The notes beneath the pieces are model-generated. The model made no database searches, was not told where the DNA came from, and was given only the letters and a program-made list of their open reading frames with translations. Positions 26,088 to 37,170 of a stretch of DNA of 64,000 nt are shown one piece after another. The stretch is taken from the NCBI RefSeq assembly GCF_041146345.1, contig NW_027191411.1, forward strand, positions 930,001 to 994,000, read 5' to 3'. The stretch's first letter is position 1. Every line of letters begins with the position of its first letter. This stretch comes from Neodothiora populina (Eukaryota). The position numbers and the translations under genes were made by a program.

Positions 26088-27299
26088 ATGTCTCAACCCT
26101 ACATCGTGCCTGATACGCCGCGCGTGATATCGCCCTCCCCGACGCCATCCGAACAACTCACTCGCGACTATTTCGCAACGAAAAGGACGCGCTTTCCGAG
26201 TCAAGAACCTATAAACGAGGAAAACATCGTCGCCGAAGACCCAGAACTTGCGCGCGCCCGAACTCGCAGTCGGAGTCCGCAACTGACAAAGAAGATTTCT
26301 CAAACCATGAATGGAACGGCAAAGCCGGCGCGACGGAAGCCGGAACCTATCACGCTGAAAGACCCGGATCAAGACACAAATGGCCATCTCAGTCCTGCGA
26401 GTGCTGTCATGGGAAGAGGCAGAGAGTATTGGCGACAACTCAGCAGGAGCCCGAGTCCGCTGGGTCTGATTCCCATCCATCGCGAATGGCGCACTTTCAT
26501 CCATAAGCACGAGATACCGCGCAAGTTCCTGCATGTCTCGATAGGCTTCGTCACCATCTATCTCTACCTGAATGGCACTCAGACCAGTGCCATCCACCCT
26601 GTGCTTCTTTCTGCGCTCATTCCTATCGCTACTACCGACTTTTTGAGAATGCGCTGGCCGTAAGTTTCACTTTTTCCCCCACAGAACTGCCTTCTCTAAC
26701 ACTTCATTGTCTACAGTGCTCTCAACAGTCTCTATATTGAGATACTGGGTCCTTTCATGCGCGAGTCCGAAGCTCACGACAAGTACAACGGCGTCATCTC
26801 GTATCTTGCCGGCGCATGGGCTGTCATGCGTTTCTGCCAGAAAGACGTCGCTGTTCTTTCCATCCTATTACTCTCCTGGTGTGACACAGCTGCCAGCACC
26901 TTCGGTCGCATGTGGGGCAAGTACACGCCCCGCATCAGACAAGGGAAGAGCTTGGCTGGTACACTCGCTGCCTTCATTGTTGGCCTTATTGCCGCCGTAG
27001 CATTTTGGCAGTACATTGCTCCTCTCGCACCTGCCGAGTGGAACACAGGCGTCGATAGCTTCGCCTTCGATGGTGCTCTGACTTTGCCTCCTCAGCTGCG
27101 CCAACTCCTCGGCTGGTCGAAGAAAGATAGCACCATCGATGGCTATGCTGCGTTGGCCGTGGTCGCTGTCACTTCGGGGGTTGTCGCGAGTGGTAGTGAA
27201 GCAATCGATGTCATGGGCTTGGATGACAACCTGACGATACCTATTCTGTGTGGTATTGCTTTGGGTGCCTTCTTCTGGACATTTGGAAATCACGTATGA
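26088..27299 (+). CDS. DGK1: CTP-dependent diacylglycerol kinase (intron 26660-26716)
   Basis: HKHEIPRKFLHVSIGF, MRESE...YNGV, LLSWCDTAASTFGR, GKSLAG, LDDNLTIP. Confidence 0.95.
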
Positions 27300-27927
27300 G
27301 TTCATCCTAAGTCCTTTCTTCTTGAATGCGATCACGGTTTTTCTCGTATGAGAATACCATTATCAAAGTCACAATTGGGTTTGGAGCATAACACTCCTAA
27401 GGCTCCTTATATTCCAAGATTCTCACTTTCTAATCATTTTCGATATGGGAGTGAGGGAGCATATGGTCTACGTCTTGCTCTGGAGAGAATGTGGTCGACA
27501 TGCTCGTACTAATGGTGGAAAAGTTATGATTTATCGCCCACAGAAGAATGTTAGTCGCATATACATACATAAGACACATACATATATAATGAATCGTCAT
27601 CAATATTTGGCACACTTTCAAAGTATTAAGTACCTCATAGTGCACGGAGTAACTGTTCTGCTTCCACGACGTCAGGCACACCTGACAATAATGCCGATAT
27701 GGGCTCAGTAGCCGCTGTCTACATGACATGTAGGTCCTCTTGACCGTTTATATAGACTTGCGTAGGATATGGTACTTGTATCGGTACCTTGTTTAGCTAA
27801 ACAGCTTCGGTACACTTTGTAGAATTGGAGAAATGATCGCACAACCTGGAAGTGGGATGTCATGGCTGCAGCGTGACACTAGTGGCTCAGCTCTTTACAG
27901 AGTAAGGGTTCAGAAGTGTCGAACATG

Positions 27928-28706
27928 AGTAAGCTTGGCAACCTGAGGTTGGTCCCACCTACCTTTGGTGCGCTTTGGGCCATACTGCAACCTTTGGATG
28001 AAATATTGGAATATCAATGGATAAAATTCAATTCAATTGCCATCTATGGAGACATGCCTCTATGGATATATTTTTAAGGGCTTCTGCAGCTTTTTGAGCA
28101 TCTGAATTAGGTTGCTTCGCTACCTTCAAGGCCTTAGAGGCCTCATATTCAATTGTATAGCTTCTTGCGAGGTTCCATGAATTCGCGCGGCCTCGATTTT
28201 ACGTCCGATTACAGAGGCAATCCTTGGATTACGCTTTACGAACTTAGGGAGCCAATTAACCCCTAAAGGTTTGTTGTCGTTATGTAAACGAAGGATATGT
28301 GTAGCCATATCGCGAACACGCTTCGGAGAGGGGGCACAACCTTGCAAATCTTGCTGTAATATCCAATTGACGAGGAATTCTTCTTGAATAGGAACAAGCC
28401 TTTGTGTAGGCTCTTGAGCAGTACGTTGATTAATGCCTCCGTCGCGACGACGACGAAGCGTTGTTGCGGACATGCCATATTCTCGTGCAGTGTCTTTGAT
28501 TGATTTTTCAGGGTGATTTTGAAGCTCTTGAAGGGCCGCTTGCAACATGACTTCGCGTTGATCCATTTTATCAATAATATAAGGTCAATTCAATTGAATA
28601 TAATAAGTAACGCGACGTAGAATGGTTGATTACTGTAGAAGGTTGCAGTATGGTCTAAAGCGCACCAAAGGTAGGTGGGACCAACCTCAGGTTGCCAAGC
28701 TTACTG
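27928..28706 (-). mobile_element. Non-autonomous, internally deleted pogo/Fot1-like (Tc1-mariner superfamily) DNA transposon
   Basis: 67-bp terminal inverted repeats (27928-27994 and 28639-28705; 2 mismatches); right end ...CTTACTG followed by TA. Contains an HTH-psq plus CENP-B-type HTH ORF. Confidence 0.93.
28126..28566 (-). pseudogene. Truncated transposase (DNA-binding HTH domains only; DDE domain deleted)
   Basis: SIKDTAREYGMSATTLRRRRDG (HTH-psq) and QEEFLVNWIL...PLGVNWLPKFVKRNP (CENP-B-like HTH). Homology ends just before the expected DDE region. Confidence 0.88.
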
Positions 28707-29918
28707 TACAGTACCTCAAGTGTATTGCTACCTTACTTTTATTCGAGTATGGACATCTAGCGCTGGACCAAGTGACAGTCGGTCATTTTGTCTTACGCAT
28801 GTGCTACACAAGTACTCCTGAGCCTCATGTCTGCTCGGCTCCCGGAGCTGGAAAGTCTTCCTTAGTGTATCTATGAGCAGCATGGTGTCTAATCGATAAC
28901 CTCATGCTTAGCCTATGCCAAATGGAATGCAACCGGAAGCAACACATTCGTCTATCGAAGAAGGAATGTCCATGTCAGGATTCTGAATGCTTTTCTTGAA
29001 CTTTATGAAGATTGGAGCATTTGCGGTGCCGATAGGGTGCTTGTTCCTTCCTCAATAGGCTATGGTACAGCCGCTTTCTATGGACGAACACTATCGTCCT
29101 TCCTTCTGAACCGTAAGGCTTGCTTGATGATGATCATGTCTCGATTCTCAGACCCTCACAGACCAGGGATATATATCTCTATGGCAATTAAGTGACGAAA
29201 GAGGTTGTCCTCGTACCACGTCGACAAGTAATACACTTGAAGCGAAAGCCTGCATGCGTTGTCCATGACCAAGGCTCATACTCTCTCACGCTAGCTCTCC
29301 CAAGAGAAACGAACCACACAGCCGGTACTGAAAGAAGTATTTAAGCCGTACAATTGCGTTGCCAATCTATGATGCTCTTTTTGACTTTCACGCTAGATCG
29401 TGGTTCTGCCTCCGCGGCTATTGTAAACCACATCCCTGGACTTCAAAGTGTGTGACCAAAGATCTCTGCGTGATCCGCCAACTTCCCGTCCGGCTCTTCA
29501 ACGATCAGTGACGGATGCCATCATAGGTCCTTCTGTCAATATCGAATCGAGATTTGGGTTTTGATTGCGTCTTCGTTGTGCGCACTTCTGAATGTTGAGT
29601 TCGTTACGGCAATCAATCATGCTTCTGTCAATGACTGTGCTTACGGTGTCATTCGCTCATAATGTATGGGGAGAAGTCGTCAAATACTAGACTCATGGCG
29701 GATGCTACCGTCTCGACTCATTGTCCGGCAAAAGTGAGCCACAAACCAACCAGGACACACGAGTACAGTATCGCCTTCACTTCAAGCGACACTTAGCATT
29801 GATCACCAAGCAGGCAGGCAAGATTTCAACGTGACTATCATGCAGCAAGGAGAAACAGGGACCGGGAACCAACCGTGTGTGTCCTACAGAACAATTTGAC
29901 GTTCGTCTGCGCGGAAAT

Positions 29919-30756
29919 ATGTCTGATACACTGCGATAGCTTCCAGAGGCATTGGAATCTCGTGATCTTGGAGTAAACCCCGGCGGCAGTGATCGGGACT
30001 CTGCCATTGAGTCCGAAACTGAAAGTCTATGGACATCACTGAAGAGGGGAGCCCGAGACTATCAATATGAAAACGGGCGACGATACCATGCCTACCGCGC
30101 AGGTCGTGAGTACGAACTGCTCCTTATATCGTCTGCCATGAACTGATTTAGCGACGAGGATACTTTCATCCCAATGACGAGGTAATCCTGCACTAGCTGT
30201 ACATGCGACCTAGCTCATGTTCCTAGCAAGAAGCGGACCGCGAAAACATGAAGCATCATGTCAATCTACTCTTATGCAAAGGTGAGCTTCATCATGCACC
30301 GATAGGGTTTCACCCTCAGAAGATCCTCGACGTTGCGACAGGAACCGGTAATTTATATATACTTTTACAGGAATTGATATCATGTGCTAATCTCGACACC
30401 AGGCATCTGGGCTGTAGACATGGGTACCCCTTCAATCCCTGTATGCACATGCTTAAGTATTTGACAATGCATCAAAAGCTGATACGTATCCGTCTGCCGA
30501 GGTATGCCAAGTCAAGGCTGTATAATTCGAGGTGTAATCACTGATACAAGGCTCAGGTCATCGGTGTGGATCTCAGTCCTATCCAACCACAGATGTATGC
30601 CATACATGGGATAATCACATGCTTTCTTGCACTCACTTACAAAATGACCAAAGGATCCCACCCAACCTGGCCTTCGAGATTGACGATGTGGAAAGCGACT
30701 GGCTCTCGATTCGTTTCTGTATCTCTTCTCACATGGTCCCGAAGCATCTAGAGTAG
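29919..30756 (+). pseudogene. Truncated class I SAM-dependent methyltransferase (LaeA-like/TAM family) pseudogene
   Basis: Spliced exons give YENGRRYHAYRAG, YFHPNDEQEADRE, ILDVATGTGIWAVDM, VIGVDLSPIQP, NLAFEIDDVESDW. In-frame TAG at codon 7 (29937-29939); similarity stops at about 30706 and the C-terminal half is absent. Confidence 0.85.
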
Positions 30757-30821
30757 AGTTGAAGTCAAAGCCACCTTCGCTCAGCCTATCTTCCTCCATT
30801 CCTCTACCCTATCCCCAACAT

Positions 30822-31915
30822 TCAACGATCGCCCACAGCGACCATATCCTCCTCAACCCAAACCTCACCCGTGACCCCATCAATCCCCACTTTTGCTCCC
30901 AGGGGAACCGTCAGGATCGGATCAACATGACCCACATCCCAACCAATCAACACCGGAACCTCCTTCATCCCACTCGCAGTCTTACCCTCTTCCCTATCCA
31001 ATGGCGCAACAAAAGAAGTAGCCTCCAGAACATCTCCCAAAAACCTCTCCTGCATCTCCTCATCATACTGAAACATCTTACCCACGATCAAGCACTGCAG
31101 ATTACAGTTCAGCACGCCCGCATTCACGAGATCGAAAAGAGCCGTGCGTGCCAGATCGGGGGGAAACGGTGACGCCGGGCCCGCGTATCCGTCGGGCAGT
31201 TCTATGAAGAGAACCTTTGGGTCGGTGGCAGAAGAAGAATAAAAGGTCGAGGGTAGGTTGGGCGTCCCTGTCAGCTGGACGAGAGAGGGCAGACAGCCGC
31301 CGTAGAGGAGGCCTCTTATATCTGCTGTTCCTGTCGCTGGCTGAGCAGAAGAGGAAGCAGATGGTCGACGCAGCCATTTCAGGGGCGGGTTGGGCACCGA
31401 GTGGCGAGCGTCGCGCCTGTGGTGCGCACACGGTGATGCCCAGTCTACATAGCCGGGGATATGCGTTTCCGAGTGCGGAAACGTGTATCTACGCACTGAA
31501 GATGAAGCTGCTTCACTTAATCCCTTGGCGTCGTTTCTACCCGCAGAAGCCAACGACGACGACAAGGACGAAGAAACAGACCGCCCAAGCCCCATAACGA
31601 CATCAAGGAAAGCCCGCACAGTAAACCCCACCGGGCCCTCCTCGCCCTCCTCTCCAAATTGCGGAATCACAGCCGGCCCGTAAAAAGTCCGCAGACCAGA
31701 CCTGAAATAAAACGCATGATGCAACAGTGTGGTATCAGAGTATCCCACGAAGATCTTTGGGTTCGCGCGGATGAGAGCGTAGTCTAGATGCGGCAGGAGT
31801 TCGTTTGCCGTAAGCCCGCCGATGGTGCATATTATCGCGCTGACACACGGGTCGGAGAAGGCCGAGTGGAGCTCTGAGATGCGGTGTTGGACCTGCTCAT
31901 TTCTTGATGGCTTCT

Positions 31916-31948
<33 letters not shown>

Positions 31949-32144
31949 GCGTGGGGATGGGAGAGAATATTTCGGTTGTCGAGAAGCCGTGCGATGTGAA
32001 GAATTGAGTGGCGTTTTGGATCCGGGACCGGAAAACGTGGTTTAGACGGCTCGAGGGGGAGATGAAGGCTATTGTGTCGCCTTTCTGGAGGGCTGGTGGG
32101 GCCAGGATTGGGAGGGGTGGGGGTTGGGGGTCTTGAGGTTGCAT
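30822..32144 (-). CDS. LD-carboxypeptidase / MccF-like peptidase family S66 (intronless)
   Basis: PPALQKGDTIAFISPSS, AIICTIGG, NPKIFVGYSD (nucleophile Ser), TFYGP, LFIE (Glu), DVGHVDP (His). Confidence 0.9.
31918..31947. repeat. (GAT)10 microsatellite encoding poly-Ser in the S66 peptidase
   Basis: Direct reading. Confidence 0.95.
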
Positions 32145-32956
32145 GTTTGACTATAGGTTGGCTTCCCTCTTGAGTCTGTCTGAGTCGAGGCCTGATATGG
32201 TTTGCATTCGGTTGATTGAAGAAAGAGTGGGTAGACTCATATGTATAGTGACTATAGACGACACGATATTCTCGACAGATAGTCGACGAGGGACGGAAGG
32301 ATTATGACTCCTCGGAAACTCTGCATTCACCTTCCTTTTCCGTCAAGTATCTGATTAAGAGTGACTCTTCGCAAGGGCGTCAACTCGAGGCGCTTTTTTG
32401 GACTTCTATACATGCTGTGGCACAGAGATGCAAGAGACAGGATGTTGCCAACGGCGATGCATTACTTGACTGGTGGTACCGAGCCGCTGGTCGTCAAAAG
32501 TATGACTCGAGAGCTTCGTCAGTAGTCCAGAAGGCAGATAGGACGGCATTGATATCCAGATGGATCTTGAGCTTCGAACACAGCAATTCTTTGTTTTGTT
32601 CTATGTTTGAATCACTCGCGAGTATTGCGATTCATGTTGGCTGAATCGATTGAGCGCAAGATGGTGAGCTATATGCGATGCATGGCACCTCAACCATCGC
32701 CAACGTCAAGTCTTGGCATGAATGTTGGTGGGCCCGTACTTTATGCTGTGATCAGTGTCACGATTTCCAAGCATGAGTGAAAAGGATTTATCGTCGACTT
32801 CAAAAAGAACGTATATAGTGCCTTGAGTATGAATGTAGAAAGCAAGTCTTGGGTGAGCAGGTCTGGCATTACGGATTACATAACATGTGCTATTTTCCAT
32901 CAAAAGTCTTTCGTCGCTAGACACCGACGGTGGCTTGTCTACATAACATCGTCCAC

Positions 32957-34409
32957 TCAGTTCTTGATGTAGGCAACTGGGGCCCTGACAGGGTGATTGT
33001 GTTCAAGTCCCGGCTCGGGGAATCCCTGGACCTTGACGCCCTTCCTGAAGATCAGGACGTGAGTGCTGCCACCGAAATGGAACATGCCAGTCTGTTCGCC
33101 CTTCTTGATATGTTGACCTTCCTTGACAGTGATATCGCAAGTGGACACTTCAGTCATACCAATGCCAATGAAGACCATAAGGCCAATGGCCGGGTTGTCA
33201 GCTTCGATGAAGATAATGCCGCGGGTGGCGGTCGCGGTCAAGTAACCTTGACTGCTCGTCTGACCACCGATGTCAATGTCCTTGACACCAGGCTGACCAA
33301 CTCCCTCCCAGAGGGGCTCGGAGTAGTAAGTGCCAGGGGCCACAAACGCCTTGACGACCTTACCACTGACGGGTGCGTGCCAGCGGTGGTATGATAGGGC
33401 AGACAAGAAGGCTTGGTAAACGGTGCCACCTGCGAATTGCTGCGCCAATGGGTCGTGAGCGAGCATGTCAGTAATGGAGTACGGCTGTCCCTTGATCCAG
33501 AACTTGTCGCGCATCTTGCAGTCGTACTGGTAGTTGTAGGGCTTCGACTCGCAGGCATTGGCAATCACGTTGTCGTCGTCTGGGGAGGCAACCGGCCTGA
33601 TGCCTTCCTTGAACAAGCGAGTGAAGAAGTCGTCCCATGACTTGTAGCCATGGTAAGGCTGATCTGGCTGACAGACAAACATGTCCTCAAAGGAGTGGTC
33701 GGTCTTGTGCGGCTTGTTGGCCACAATGCTGAGATCAGTCATGCCGGTAGAAGAGAACCATCCCGCAGGGCCATCACCCAGGGCAGGCTCACGGGACTCG
33801 GGCGACGACAGGAATTCACCCCATGCGTCGAGAATCTTCTTCCACATCTTGTTCATTTCAGGGTCCAAAAACAGGGCAAAACCACTGGGGGTGCCCATGG
33901 GCCAGTCGAGGAGGGCAAGGATCGGGAGACCGACCATGCCTACCTTTTCAGACTTGGTGTGCCAGTGGGGTGCAATAGTCTAGAGGGTAGGATCAGATTG
34001 GGATAAAGAGTGGGGCCAGAAAGGAGACTCACCATGATGTGGTTGAGGACTTTGAGGAAATGCTGATAATCACGGATCTGACTGTTACCTCCGGGTTGGT
34101 TGTTGTATGGTTTCCTATGCGGAATCTCCTCGAACATAGCATTGATCAATAGGTAGATGCGCGTGTTGTTCTCGATGAGCTGCTGGAACTCCTTGATAAC
34201 AGGGTGAAGCTCCTTGGGGTTGTTGTCCACGTCTTCGACAAGGCCACCGATCCATTCTCGGTGGGTTCTGTGGTCAGCTGGCAGCCAGTCACCAAGTCTG
34301 GTCGACATGAGATCAGCGCTTGTTTGCATTGTCTAGATATGGTAAAGGTGGCATACCTGTGTACATGGTGTTCCTTGGGAACATTCTTCTCACGGTCGTA
34401 GTGATGCAT
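32957..34409 (-). CDS. Pyruvoyl-dependent phosphatidylserine-decarboxylase-family protein (PsiD-like clade); introns 34356-34298, 34032-33980
   Basis: GMVGLPILALLDWPMGTPSG, WDDFFTR, ACES, YHRWHAPVSG, EVSTC, MFHFGGST self-cleavage motif; no C2 domain or TM segment seen. Confidence 0.9.
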
Positions 34410-35384
34410 CTTGGAGGATGTAGAGTATAATGGTGTTTGATAGATTTTGTGGCTAGGTGGTATATTCTAAAGGAAACAGGAAGCACAAGATGAAGAGGGA
34501 AAGACTAATACTTGACGATTACATATTTCCGGGCGATAGAGTTACGATACTTTGTAGACCTGTTTGAGTTGACGGGAATTAGTGGGGTTGGAGACTACGT
34601 CACATCGCCCACATATGAACCAGCTTAATGTGCCATGAGCCGGCGTCAGCCGAATGAATGTAGTGCTCAAAGCCATGGTGAGTCTACGAAGAGGAAGATG
34701 CTGGACAGGACAGCGATATCAGGACTATGTAAAGAAGTAAGAGGAGCATGAGCGGGAGAGCAACACGCTACCTTTGGTCAAGTACTATTCTATACACTAT
34801 AATGGTGCTGCCAAGATGACTGGCGACATGAACATGTCTTGGCGGAGGTGTGGAGGGGTTGCCAAGATGAATTCAATGCCGCCTATCTGTGTTTCACAAG
34901 GAGCCCGAAAGACTACAAGGCTTAGGGCCACACATGGGGTTCGTGGGACCAGGAAGTCATTGTGATCAAACAGATGACTCCTGAGAACTGCGAGCATGAG
35001 GTAGTGTTTGAACAGAGTTTGTCGAGAGACATATTGGATTTACCGTACATGTGATTCAGTCATCGAGTCGTAGTGCGATTGAGACCCTACCTACTGTGTA
35101 CCCTAGAAAGAACATGTGAAGCCCCACAGCACAAATGCTTGGCTCGCGATTAAAGAATGAGGTGGCTTATTCAAAGTACTTTTTGTACGAGTAAATGTCG
35201 TAGCGCAGGGAGCATTACAGGCGAGACAGGGTCAGATCACGGTACAGTTGGGAGCTAAAGCTAGTAACTAGCTCGAATAAGTCTACGATCAGGTACTCAG
35301 ACTATTGATTGATTAACTACTCCCTGAAAAGAAACAATGGCATAGAATAACAATCCAACACTCTCTCCCAGAAGTCAGCGCAGG

Positions 35385-36952
35385 ATGGACGTCGCCTACG
35401 ATCACATGCAAGATGGTTCAATCCCCGAAGACGACAACGACAAGGCAACATCGACGCCTCGCCAAGGCAGCCAGCAGGAGGAGCCCATAACCCTCAGCAC
35501 AGAGTTCCAGCAGGCGTACAAGGCCGTCTCCTCGTCGCCGTGGGGTGCAAAACTAGGCGGGTTCTTTGGACATGTCAAGAAGCAGAGCGAGTCGTTCTAT
35601 GAAGATGCTCAGAAGGAATACGCCTCTCGCTCCGAGCAGGCCAGCAAAGGTCTCACCGGTCTCCTGAACCAGACCCGCAACATCTCCCTGGCTCCCCCGA
35701 CTGCCGTCACAGGCGCCGCCGTCTCCTTTTCCGATCCCACCTTCACTCTCCCTGAGACACAGACAAAAGGCAAAGAGAAGGAGACCCCGCAAGCCCAGGA
35801 CGACGTCAAGCCGGAGAACCCAGACCGGCCCGAGTCACTGCCAGCAGACATCGTCAAAGAAGCCACATCACTCGTCTCTCGATTCCGCTCCGAAGCTCCA
35901 AGTCTGCTCAAACGAGTGCAAAAGGCCGAAGATGCAGCAGACGAGGCTCTGCTCAAGTTCGGCACCAACATGCGTGACTGGCTGCGCGACGCCGTGACAG
36001 TCACCGCGCCCGAGGGCGGCGCCTCGCTCGACAAGAACGGCGAGACCTCCGAGGTCCTCTTCGAGACCAACGACGCAGAGGGCAAAAGGGTCTTCCACAC
36101 GTCGAGATTCGACGCACAGCTCCATGTCATCCACACCAGCTCGTCCTCCTTTACTCAGGACTCCGAGGGCGAGGAATTCGACAAGTTCTGCGCTACCTTC
36201 GACGTGGACAAGCAGACCGAGGCCATCGCCGCCGACCTAGAGAAGTACGAAGAGCTCCGACGAGCCATGGAGAAGCTCGTCCCGGACAAGGTCGACTACA
36301 AGACTTTCTGGACGAGATACTACTTCCTGCGCAAGGTCATCGAGGAAGAGGAGAAAAGGAGAAAGGAAGTCCTGAAGGGTAAGCCGTCTTTCTCCCTCTA
36401 TACTTTCCTTCATCCGAATGATACGACAGAAGTAACTGACAATGCCTCGCACAAACAGGCGCAGTAGCAGAAACCGAGGAAGAACTAGGCTGGGGATCTG
36501 ACGACTCGGACAACGAAGAAGACGACAATACCAATCCCTCGAACCCCGCCGCGGACGGATCCTCCTCGACGACAACCTTGACATCCACAACCCCTCAACC
36601 AGCATCCTCCACGGCATCCACACTAACAGCATCATCAACAACAGCCGCAGCAACAACAACAACAACAACACAAAAGGACGACAATAACGACCTCTTAAAA
36701 ACAGCCACATCTGCCAACCAACGACGGAAATCAGAAGACGCAGACGGCAAGAGCACAGCAGACAGCGACGCGAGCTACGACATTGTCTCTGGAGCCACCA
36801 GTCGGGCTCCGGGTAGTCCCAAGGAGGCGGCGGCTGCAGCAGCTGCTGCTTCTGCAGTGGCAGAGAAGAAGGAAACTGCTCCTGCTGCTGCTGCTGCTGC
36901 TGCTGCTCCTGCAGTCAAGGAAGAAGAGAGCGACGAGGAGGATTGGGAGTGA
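35385..36952 (+). CDS. BSD-domain protein, Dos2-like (intron 36379-36458)
   Basis: MDVAYDH start, SRFDAQLHVIH, MEKLVPDKVDYKTFWTRYYF (BSD FW motif), EEELGWGSD, C-terminal SDEEDWE. Confidence 0.85.
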
Positions 36953-37170
36953 TATCTTCTTTACTGTGCCCTCAGGTCTTTGCTTGTTGTTTAATCTATA
37001 TGCCAATATACATGCTCGCGTATCACTGTTAATCTCGTGAAAGGGGGGTATCTTAACGTACGCTAATAAACCATGGCCGAATTGCCAACTTCTCTCCATT
37101 TCTCGAGGCAAGGAAAGCCTCAATGTAGAAATCTCAGGTAGTCTCACTCCGTCTATACTTCTGGTGTCAA

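Noticed and set aside
28720..29900. Possible degenerate gene between the transposon and the methyltransferase relic
   Set aside because: Only short open frames; nothing I can identify without a search.
29919..34409. Psilocybin-type cluster (PsiD + methyltransferase)
   Set aside because: The methyltransferase is LaeA/TAM-like and broken, not the PsiM type; no kinase or P450 nearby.
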